The translations under genes and the position numbers were made by a program. Shown piece by piece: positions 53,167 to 63,410 of a stretch of 64,000 bases of DNA (position 1 is the stretch's first letter; each line of letters starts with the position of its first letter). A model generated the notes under the pieces. The model had not been told where the DNA came from. It was given only the letters and a program-made list of their open reading frames with translations, and searched no databases. This DNA comes from Squalus acanthias (Eukaryota): assembly GCA_030390025.1 (NCBI GenBank), contig JASTWF010000034.1:2480001-2544000 (forward strand), in the 5' to 3' direction.

Positions 53167-54109
53167 AATATCTCCAAGTTTGCAGACGACACAAAACTGG
53201 GTGGGCGTGTGTGCTGCGAGGAGGATACCGAGAAACTCCAGGATGATTTGGACAGATTGGGTGAGTAGGCAGAAGCGTGGCAGATGCAATATAACGTGGA
53301 TAAATGCGAGGTTATCCACTTTGGTGTCAAAAACAGAAAGGCAGATTATTATCTGAATGGCAATAGATTGGGAGAAGGGGAAGTGCAACGAGACCTGGGT
53401 GTCCTTGTGCACCAGTCGCTGAAGGTAAGCATGCAGGTGCAGCAGGCGGTTAGGAAGGCAAATGGTATGTTGGCCTTCATAGTGAGAGGGTTTGAGTACA
53501 GGAACAAGGATGTCTTGCTGCAGTTGTACAGGGCCTTGGTGAGATCACACTTTGAGTACTGTGTGCAGTTTTGGTCAACTTATCTGAGGAAGGATGTTCT
53601 TGCCATGGAAGGAGTTCAGCGAAGATTCACAAGGCTGATAGCTGGGATGGCAGGAATGACGTATGAAGAGAGATTGGGTCGACTGGGCTTATACTCGCTG
53701 GAGTTCAGAAGAATGAGAGGGGATCTCATTGAAATTTATAAAATTCTGACAGGACAGGACAAACTAGATGCAGGAAGGATGTTCCCGATGGTCGTGAATC
53801 CAGAACCAGGGGTCACAGTCTAAGGATAAGGGGTAAGCCATTTCGGCAGAAATGAGGAGGAATTTGTTCACCCAGTGAGTGTTGAACCTGTGGAATTCTC
53901 TGCCACAGCAGGCGGTAGAGGGCAATTCATTAAATAGATTCAAGAAGGAGTTGGATATATTTCTTAAGGCTAAAGGGATCAAGGGATATGGGGAGAAAGC
54001 AGGGACAGGGTACTGAATTTGGATGGTCAGCCATGATCGCATTGAATAGTGGAGCAGGCTAGAGGGGCCGAATGGCCTACTCCTGCTCTTGTCTTCTATG
54101 ATTCTATGG

Positions 54110-55220
54110 ATCCAACTTGCCACTTTCCCTTGAATGCCATGGACTTTGACTTTTTATAACAACAGTCTTTTGGGACAGTGTTAAATGCTTTGCTGATATC
54201 TATGTGAACTACATCAAATGCACTACCCTCATCGACCCTCCTCCTCATGTTCTCAAAATATTCAATCAAGATACTCAGGCACGACCTTCCCTTAACAAAT
54301 CCATGCTATGTGTTCTTGATTAATCCGTGACTTTCTCAATGTCGATTTACATTGGCCATCAGAATTTTTGCAATAATTCTTTTTAACGCCGAGGTTAGGC
54401 TGACTGGCCTGTAATTACTCAGTCTATCCGTTTCTCCCTTTTTAAACAACATTGCAGCGTTAGCTGTCCTACGGTACTCTTGGCCATGTCAGCAGTTAGA
54501 GAGAATTGAAAAATGACGTTCTGAGCCTCCGCTATTTCCTCCCTTGCCTCTCTTAAATGCCTGGGATAAATTTCGTCATGATTTATCTACTTTCAAAGAT
54601 GCTAAACCCCTTAATGTTTCCTCTCACACTATGTTTATCTCACACTGCTCCTCCTTAACTACAATTTCTACTTCGTCCCTCTCTTTTGTGAAGACAGACA
54701 CAAAGTATTTATTTAGATCCATACCCACGTCTTCCGCCTCCACACTCTGGTTACATTTTTGGTCTCTAATAGGCCCCATCTTTCCTCAGTTATCCTCTTG
54801 CTCTTTATGTATTTATAAAATATCTTTGGGTTCTCCTTGATTTTACTTGACAATATTTTTGATGCCTTCGCTGTGCTTTCCTAATTTCCTTTTTTTTAAT
54901 TTCACCCCTGTAGTTTCTTTACTCCTCTCGGCTTTCCATAGTATTGAGCTCTCGGTATCTGTCAAAAGCTTCCCTTTTTTGCCTTATCCTACCCTGTATG
55001 CTCCTTGACATTCAGGGTGCTCTAGATTTGGGAGTCCCTTCCTTTTATATTTTTGGGAACGTATTTGCTCTGAACCCTGACTATCTCCTCTTTGGCTGCC
55101 TCCTGACTCTGATTTCCCTTCTCTGTTTCCAGTCCACTTTTGTAAAATCACATCCCAGCTTAGTAAAATTGGCCTTTCCCCAAGTGAGAACTTTTACACC
55201 TGGTCTATCATTGTCCTTTT
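54110..55220 (-). mobile_element. Old, highly degenerate CR1 ORF2 fragment
   Basis: Remnants such as aggctgactggcctgtaatt and ttttgtgaagacagacacaaagta. Confidence 0.65.
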
Positions 55221-55221
55221 C

Positions 55222-55592
55222 CAGAAGGGGAGATGCAATACAGATGTTGAAAATCATGCTGGGTTTTGATAGAGTAAGTCAGTTTCCAGTGGCAAAATGG
55301 TGGGTAACCAGAGGGCACAGATTTAAGGTAATTGCCAAAAGTACCGGAGGAGAGATGAGGAGAATTTACTTTACGCAGTGAGTTGTTGTGTTCTGGAATG
55401 CACTGTCTGAGAACGTGGTGGAAGCAGATTCAACAGTAACTTTCGAAAGGGAATTGGATAATTAGTTGAAGGGCAAGAATTACAGGGCTCTGGCTAAAGA
55501 GTAGGACTATTTAGATAGCTCTTTCAAAGAGACGGCACAGAAATGATGGGCCGAATGGTCTGCTCCTGTGCTGTGTCTTTCTTTGATTCTTT
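55222..55592 (+). mobile_element. CR1 3' fragment
   Basis: TRGHRFKV..MRRIYFTQ; gggccgaatgg..ctcctgtgctg 3' UTR. Confidence 0.75.
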
Positions 55593-55597
55593 GAGCA

Positions 55598-55628
<31 letters not shown>

Positions 55629-55660
55629 AAAGAAAGAGAGAAAGAAAAAGAGAGACAGAA
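55598..55660. repeat. (GA)n microsatellite
   Basis: Direct observation. Confidence 0.95.
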
Positions 55661-55771
55661 TAACTGGAAGAGGTAGAGGGAAATAAATTAACTTTAAAAT
55701 AGGAATTGGATAAACAAGAAGAGGAACAATTTGCAGGAAATGGGAAAAGAGCAGGGAATGGGACTAATTGT

Positions 55772-56262
55772 AGGGGTGAGGCCGTGGTGGTATTTGATCT
55801 TAAGGATGAGAATATTAAAATCGAGTTGTTGCCGGATCGGGAGCAAATGTTGATCAGTGATCACAGGGGTGATGGGTGAACGGGATTGGTGCGAGTTAGG
55901 ATATGGGCAGCAGAGTTTTGGATGAGCTCTAGTTTATGGAGGCTTGTAACCAGAAGGCCGGCCAGCAGAGCATTGGAATAGTTGAGTCTGGTTTTAACAA
56001 AGGCACGGATGATGGTTTATGCAGCGGAAGGGCTGAGGTGGAGCGTAGATGGGTGAAATTTTGGAAGTGGTAGCGGGCAGGACTGGTGATTCAGAAGATA
56101 TGAGTTCGGAACTCAGCTCAGGGACAAAGAGATCACAGAGGTTGCAAAGAGTCTGGTTCAGCCTCAGACATTGACCAGGGATGGGGACTGAATCGGATGA
56201 TAGAGAATGGAGTTTGCGATGTGGAGCGAAGACAATGGCTTTGCTCTTCCCAAGATTTAAAT
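55772..56262 (-). mobile_element. Degenerate L2 fragment
   Basis: Reverse-complement similarity to ~19030-19520. Confidence 0.75.
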
Positions 56263-56506
56263 GACAAACAGTAATAAAGTGAAACGTGGTTTACAGATCC
56301 AATTTCTGTATATGGAGACTTACCAAGGCCACCAACAGCAGCAAATAATGAAGAATAGTAATACAGTTAGCAAAGGTTTGCAGAGTTAATAGCCGGTTAG
56401 TGACACTTACCAGGAACAACAACTGCAGCAAGGAGTGGACAGTAAATGACAAGAACGGTAATACAGTAAAACATGGATAACAGAATAGCTGGATAGAGAG
56501 ACTTAC

Positions 56507-56729
56507 CAGGAACACCAACAGCAGCAAGGAGCGGATAGTAAATGCATTGAATAATCTGAAGTACGTAATAGATCCGATATTCTAATGTTAGTTCCTCATA
56601 ATGTTCTGCAAGATGGTCAACCTGCCAGGAGAAACTCCTGCCCATTGCTGTAACATTCCAATCTACTGTCCTCAGATTCCGACCCATTGTTGTAACATTC
56701 CAATCTACTGTCCTCAGATTCCGACCCAT
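56507..56729 (-). CDS. Exon 1 of a GPR139/GPR142-like class A GPCR (N-terminus and start of TM1)
   Basis: MGRNLRTVDWNVTT repeats then ..IQCIYYPLLAAVGVP G|GTAAGT, a phase-1 donor. Resembles GPR139 VYYSLLLCLGLPA, whose intron falls at this position (recalled). Exon 2 was not found in the window. Confidence 0.7.
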
Positions 56730-56829
56730 TGTTGTAACATTCCAATTAACTGTTTTCAGATTCCGAGTCCCGCTCTGTGGAGCAGCGCGCTGATCCCTGT
56801 CAGTGCCGGTGGTGATGTCCTCACTGACA

Positions 56830-56955
56830 CTATGGGATAACACATTGAAAGGAATCCCTTATTAATAGAAGAGGGAAACCCTGCACTGACACAATTAGAG
56901 TCCATGGAGACTGACATTAATTACAGTCACTAAACAAACAGCTTCAGTTAACCCC
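56830..56955 (-). promoter_or_regulatory. Promoter of GPCR copy 1
   Basis: TATTAATAA (minus strand, 56859-56867) and cattaattacagtcactaaacaaacag (56915-56941), both conserved with 59240-59360. Confidence 0.55.
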
Positions 56956-56989
56956 TTTCAATCCAACACTTTTTGTACCACAGTAAACT

Positions 56990-57600
56990 AGATCATTTAC
57001 CCGGTCCGGATGGGATGTATGAGGGTTGCTGAGGGAAGGAATGGTGGAAACAGCGCACGATCTGGCCAGAAGATTTTAATCCTCCTTGGATATGGGAGTG
57101 GTGCCAGAGGACTGGAGGGTTTAAAATGTTACACCCTGTTCAAAAAAGGAGAGAGGGATAAACCTTGTAACTACAGGCCAGTCAGCCTAACGACAGTGGT
57201 GGGTAAAATTTTAGAGGCCGTATTCCAGGAGAAAATTATCTGTCTTTGGAACAAACATGGATTAATAAATGACAACCAGCACAGATATGTTAACAGCAAA
57301 GTGTGTCTGACAAACCTGATTGAGTTCTGTGATGAAGTAACGGAGAGGGTTGATGAGGGTAGTGCGGTTGATGTTGTATATATGGACTTTAAAATTTATT
57401 TTTAATGAAGTGCCACTGAATAGATTGCTTGGACCAAAGGGACAGTGGTAGTGGGGATCTGACATTGGCTCAGGGACATAAAAGAGAATCGTGGTGAACG
57501 GTTGTTATTCAGATTGGAGGGAAATGTACAGTGGTGACCCCCAGGGGTGGCTATTCGGACCACTGCTCTTTTTGATATATGTTAATGATATAGACATATA
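56990..57600 (+). mobile_element. CR1 RT fragment
   Basis: NYRPVSLT, CLTNLIEF, VVYMDF. Confidence 0.85.
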
Positions 57601-57614
57601 TATAGACAGACTGG

Positions 57615-58113
57615 TGAAATGAGCAAAGTGATGAAAGGTGTCGTCGACAGTGCTATTAAGCGGCACTTACTCACCAATAACCTGCTCACCGATGTTCAGT
57701 TTGAGTTCCGCCAGGACCACTTGACTGCAGACCTCACTACAGGCTTGGTCCAAACATGGACAAAAGAGCTGAATTCCAGAGGTGAGGTGAGAGTAACTGC
57801 CCTTGACATCAAGGCAGCATTGGATTAAGTGTGGCATCAAGGATCCCGAGTAAAATTGAAGTCAATGGGAAGCAGGGGGAAAACTCTACACTGGCTGGAG
57901 TCATACCTACCACAAATAAAGATGATTGTGGTTTTTGGATGTCAATCATCACAGCCCCAGGACATCGCTGCAGGAGTTCCTCAGGGCAATGTCCTCGGCC
58001 CAGACATCTTAAGCTACTTCATCAATGACCTTTGCTCCATCATATGGTCAGATGTGGGGATGTTCGCTGATGATTGCTCAGTATTCAGTTCTATTCGCAA
58101 CTACGCAGATAAT
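57615..58113 (+). mobile_element. RT fragment of a different LINE family
   Basis: ALDIKAALD*VWH, GVPQGNVLGP, FADD. Confidence 0.8.
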
Positions 58114-58320
58114 GACCTCAGCAGCGTTCTGAGGTCGCGCCTCGATCCCCGACGTTTGTGCCTTCAGAGAGGTGTGTAGCGCCTGATTTGGTGCTCATAT
58201 CACCTCCAGGGGCGATAGAGGTGAATTTTGCATTCGGAGACGGTAACTCGCGCCGGGCGCTAAGCTTTGCGTCCGACCGATATTAGCGCCTCAGAATGGG
58301 CGATTCCCATTTCCCCCCCC
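58114..58320. mobile_element. CpG-rich fragment, possibly a MITE end
   Basis: Abrupt GC/CpG-rich segment ending in atttcccccccc; small hairpin gacctcag..ctgaggtc. Confidence 0.3.
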
Positions 58321-58540
58321 ATGGTCTACAGAATTAATAGCTGGAAACAGAGACATACCAGGAACACCAACAGTAGCGAGGATGTTCCAGTATGTTTATA
58401 CAAGAACCCATGTCTTAATAAAGACGCAAATACCTGAAACACAGAATACCACTAATAACTGAATACCCACGGTAAATATCAAGAATAATATTACAGTGTT
58501 ACATGGTTTATAGAATTAAAAACTGGACATAGATATTTAC

Positions 58541-58631
58541 TAGGAACAGCAACAGCAGCGAGGAGGGGATATTAAATATTTTGTATATCATAAAACATTC
58601 CCAATATCCAAAACACTTCACCGCAATCCAT
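58541..58631 (-). pseudogene. Exon 1 of a second GPR139-like paralogue, disabled
   Basis: MDCGEVFWILGMFYDIQNI*YPLLAAVAVP A|GTAAAT; TAA at 58572-58574; CR1 inserted at the ATG. Confidence 0.7.
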
Positions 58632-59177
58632 GCAGTTTTGGTCGCCTTATCTGAGGAAGGATGTTCTTGCAATGGAGAGATTGCAGCGAAGATTCACCAG
58701 GCTGATACCTGGGATTGCAGGAATGAGGTATGAGGAGAGATTGGGTCGATTGGGCTTATACTCGCTGGAGTTGAGAAGAATGAGAGGGGATTTCATTTAA
58801 ACTAATAAAATTCTAACAGGACTAGATAGACTAGATGCAGGAAGGACGTGCCCGATGGTGGGGGAGTCCAGAACCAGGGGTCACAGTCTAAGGATAAGAG
58901 ATAAGCCATTTAGTACAGCAATGAGGAGGAATTTCATCACCCAGAGAGTGGTAAACCTGTGGAATTCTCTACCAGAGAAGGCAGTGGAGGCCAATTCATT
59001 AAATATATTCAGGAAGGAGTTAGATATATTTCTTACGGCTAAAGGGATCAAGGGTAGTGGGGAAAAGGCAGGGACAGGGTACTGAATTTGGATGATCAGC
59101 CATGATCTCATTGAATAGCGGAGGAGGCTCGAGGGGCCGAATGGCCTACACCTGCTCCTATCATCTATGTTTCTATG
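58632..59177 (+). mobile_element. CR1 3' fragment inserted at the GPCR start codon
   Basis: QFWSPYLRKD..FITQRVVNLWNSLP plus 3' UTR; ATGC at both junctions (58630-58633, 59175-59178). Confidence 0.9.
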
Positions 59178-59360
59178 CCTTCCCTTCTGTGAGTGTCTGG
59201 TGGTCTTTGTGCAGGAGGCAGCGCGCTGACTGTGTGAGGTAACACAGTGAAGGGAGCTCTTTATTTACAGCAGAGGGAAATCCGCGAGTGACATCATTAG
59301 GCTTCAGTGTAACTGGCATTAATTACAGTCATTGAACAAACAGACTCATTGAACCATTGT
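59178..59360 (-). promoter_or_regulatory. 5' UTR and promoter of GPCR copy 2
   Basis: Aligns with 56780-56955. Confidence 0.55.
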
Positions 59361-59711
59361 CACAACACTTTACTGCAACACAATCTACCTCACCTTATTG
59401 TACACAGTTTTAAATTAAAGGTGAGCGAATGCGTAATATTTCACCTGCTAATAAATATAAGAATATACGAATTAGGAGTAGAAGTAGGCAATACGGCCCT
59501 TCGAGCCCTTCATTGAATGAGATCATGGCTGATCTTCGACCTCAAATCCACATTTCCCCCACACCCACCCCATCCTTATATCTCTTGATTCCTGTAGAGT
59601 CCAAAAATACCGAGGATAGAACAGAGAGAAGGGAGTTTCTCTTCCTGTATTGATCTAAAGCTGAGAATCAAAGACGAGAAGCTAACAGAAAAAAGGAAAG
59701 AATAATGTGTT

Positions 59712-60152
59712 AGCTGTAGCTCAGTGGGTAGGACACTCGCCTCTGACTAAGAAGGTTGTGGGTTCAAGACCCACTCCAAGGTCTTGTAGCGCATAAATCT
59801 AGGCTGACACTCCAGTGCAGTGCTGAGGGAGTGCTGCACTGTCGGAGGTACCGTCTTTCGGATGAGATGTTAAACAGTCTGTGCTCTCAGGTGGACGTAA
59901 AAGATCCCATGGCCCTATTTCGAAGAAGAGCAGGGGAGTTATCCCCGGTGACATGGCCAATATTTATCCCTCAATCAACATAATGGTCATTATCACATTG
60001 CCGTTTGTGGGAGCTTACTGTGCGCAAATTGGCTGCTGCGTTTCGACATTACAACAGTGGCTACACTTCCAAAAGTACTTCACTGGCTGTAAAGCGCATG
60101 AAACGTCCGTCTGTCGTGAAAGGCGCTATATAAATGCAAGTCTTTCTTTCTT
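59712..60152 (+). mobile_element. tRNA-derived Deu-domain SINE (SacSINE1/AmnSINE-like)
   Basis: A box tagctcagtgg, B box ggttcaagacc; Deu-like core ggaggt.ccgtctttcggatgaga.gttaaac; L2-like tail. Confidence 0.8.
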
Positions 60153-60157
60153 AAAAG

Positions 60158-63030
60158 ATAGAATCATAGAATGGTTACAACGCAGAAGGAGGCTATTCAG
60201 CCAGTCAAACCCGTGCCGGCTCTCTGCAAGAGCACTTCAGCAACTCCCACTCCCATGCCCTTTTCCCGTAGCTCTACAATTTATTTTCCTTCAGGTACTT
60301 ATCAAATTCCCTGTTGAAAGCCATAATTGAATCTGCCTCCTCCACCCTTTATGGCAGTGCATTCCAGATCCTAACCACTCGCTGCGTAAAAAGTTTTTTC
60401 TTATATCCCCTTTGGCTATTCTGCCAATCAAATTAAATCTGTTTCCTCTGATTCGTGACCTTTCCACCAATGGGAACAGTTTCTCTCTATCTACTCTGTC
60501 CAGACCCCTCATGATTTTGACCACCTCTATCACATCTTGTCTCAACCTTCTCTGCTCTAAGGATAACAACCCCAGCTTCTCCAGTCTATCCACGTAACTG
60601 AAGTCCCTAATCACTGGAATCATTCTTGTAAATCCTTCCCGCACCTGCTCTAAGTCATTCAAATCCTTCCTAAAGTGCGGTGCCCATAATTGGACACGAT
60701 ACTCCAGTTGAGGCCGAAACAGTGTTTTATACAGGTTCATCATAACTGCCTTGTTTCTGTACTTTATGCCTCTATTTATGAAGCCCAGGATCCCGTATGC
60801 TTTTGTAAGCGCTTTCACAACCTGCCCTGCCACATTCAACGATTTGTGCACATAAACACCCAGGACTCTCTGTTCATGCACCCCTTTTAGAATTGTACAC
60901 ATTAGTTTATATTGTCTCTCCTCATTCATCCGACCAAAATGTATCATTTCACACTCTTCTGTGTTAAAATTCATCTTCCACGTGTCCGCCCATTCCACCA
61001 GCTTGTCTATGTCCTCTTCAAGTCTATCACTATATGTCTCACTGTTCACTATACTTCCAAGTTGTATATCATCTCCAAATTTCGAAATTGTGCCCTGCAG
61101 CCCCAAGTCCAAGTCATTAACATATATCAAGAAAAGCAGTGGTCCTAATACCGACCCCTGGGGAACACCACTGTATACTTTCCTCCATTCTGAAAACAAC
61201 CGTTCACCACTAATCTCTGTTTCCTCTCACTTAGCCAATTTCGTATCCATTCTGCCACTGTCCCTTTTATTCCATGGGCTTCAACTTTGCTGCCAAGTCT
61301 ATTATGTGGCACTTTCTCCATGTCTTTTTGAAGTCCTTGTACACCACATCAACCGCATTGAGCTCATCAACCCTCTCTATTAAATCATCAGAAAACACGA
61401 TCAAGTTAGTTAAACACGATTTGCCTTTGACAAATCCGTGCTGGCTTTCCTTTATTAACCCACACTTGTCCAAGTGCCTGTTAATTTTGTCCCGGATTAT
61501 CGTTTCCAAAAGCATCCCAAACACCAAGGTTAAACTGACTGGCATATAGTTGCTGGGTTTACCCTTGAACAAGGGTGTAACATTTGAAATTCTCCAGTCC
61601 TCTGGCACCGCACCGTATCTAAGGAAGATTGGAAGAGTATGGCCAGTACCTCCGCAATTTCCACCCTTACCTCTCTCAGCATCCGAGGATCCATCCCATC
61701 CGCTCCTGGTGTTTTATCTGCTTTAAGTACAGCCAGCCTTTCTTGCACCTCATCTTTATCAATTTTTAGCACATCCAGTATCTCAACCACCTCATCTTTC
61801 ACTATGACTTTGGCAGCAGTTTCTTCCTTGGTAAAGACAGATGCAACGTACTAATTTAGTATCTCAGCCATGCCTTCTGTTTCCATTCATAGGTTTCCTT
61901 TCTGGCCCTTAATCGGCCCTACTCCTCCTCTTACTGCCCGTTTACTATTTATATGCCTATAGAAGACTTTTGGATTCCATTTTATGTTTGCTGCCAATCT
62001 ATTCTCATACTCTCTCTTTTCCCCTCTTATTTCCTTTTTCACTTCCTCTCTGAACTTTGTATATTTAGGTTGGTTCTCACATGTATTCTCAACTTGACAT
62101 CTGTCATATGCCCCCTTTTCCTGCTTCCTGTTACTCACTATCTCTTTCGTCATTCAGGGTGCTATGGCTTTGTTTGCGTTACCTAACCCCCTCGTGGAAA
62201 TGTACCTCGATTGTATCCGAATCACCTCTTCTTTAAAGGCAGCCCATTGTTCGATTACAGTTTTGCCTGTCAATCCTTGATTCCAATTTACCCAAGACAG
62301 CTCCGTTCTCAACCCACTGAAACTGGCCCTCCCCCAATTAAGTATTTTTAATCTTGATTGCTCCTTGTCCTTTTCCATAGCTAATCTAAACTTTATGATA
62401 CTATGATCACTGTTTCCTAAATGTTCCCTTACTGACACTTGCTCCACTTGATCTACCTCATTCCCCAGAACCAGATCCAATAATTGCGCCTTCCTCGTTG
62501 GGCCGGTACTTGCACCAATCAAGTAAGTTCTCTTGAACTCACGTCAGAAATTATTCCCCCTCTCTGCCCATTATACTATTGTTATCCCACTCTATATTAG
62601 GATAACTGAAGTCCCCCATTGTTGCTACTCTATATTCCTTCCACCTCTGTAATTTCCCTGCAAATTTGCTCCTCTATATCCTTCCCACTAGTTGCTGGCC
62701 TATAGAATACACCCAACAGTGTAATGGTCCGTCTATTGTTCCTTAACTCTAACCAAATATATTCTGTTCTTGACCTCTCCAGGACATCCTCTCTCTCCAG
62801 CACCAATATTCTCCTTAATCAATACTTCTACCGCTCCTCCTTTCTTTCCTTCCCTATCTTTCCCGAATATCTTATATCCAGGAATATTTAGTACACAATC
62901 CTGCCCTTTTTGAGCCAGGTCAATGTTATCGCCATGACATAATTTTCCCATGTGGCTATTTGCGCCTTCAGCTCATCAACCATATTTACCACGCTTCGTG
63001 CGTTGTCAAACATGCACTGTAAACCTATCG
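60158..63030 (-). mobile_element. CR1 ORF2, disrupted
   Basis: WRKVYSGVPQGSVLGP, KSCLTNL and SDH fragments; 3' UTR at ~60160-60250. Confidence 0.9.
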
Positions 63031-63036
63031 GACAGT

Positions 63037-63410
63037 GTCAGCTGTGGCTCAGTTGGCAGCACACTCACCTCTCAGTCAGCAGGTTGTGGGTTTCAAGTCC
63101 CACTCCAGGGATTTGAAGCCATACATCTGGGCTGACACTCCAGTGTAGCACTGAGGGGGTGCTGCACTGTTGGAGGTGCCGTCTTTCGGATGAGACGTTA
63201 AACCGAGGCCCCGTCTGCTCTCAGGAGGATGTCAAAGATCCCATTGCACTAGTTTGAAGATGAATAGTGGAGTTATCCCCGGTGTCCTGGCCAATATTTA
63301 TCCCTCAATCAACATAACAAAAACAGTTCATCTGAGCATTATCACATTACAGTTTGTGGGAGCTTACTGTGCCCAACTTGGCTGCCGCTTTTCCCACATC
63401 TTAGCCCTTA
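63037..63410 (+). mobile_element. Second Deu-domain SINE copy, 3'-truncated by a PLE insertion
   Basis: Colinear with 59712-60055. Confidence 0.8.

Larger units (their letters stand above)
46076..54108 (+). mobile_element. Full-length degenerate CR1 (5' UTR, ORF1 from 46462, ORF2, 3' UTR), split by a nested CR1
   Basis: ORF1 CTMWE..CGRC..GDSNVRG..GTND; ORF2 fragments stop at 49526 and resume at 53167 (NISKFADDTK); tail at ~54100. Confidence 0.95.

Noticed and set aside
52561..53412. 283-aa minus-strand ORF as a novel fusion gene
   Set aside because: Chance read-through from antisense host CR1 sequence into the truncated ORF1 of the nested element.
59712..59785. tRNA gene
   Set aside because: It is a SINE head: continues into the Deu core and LINE tail, with no proper cloverleaf or terminator.
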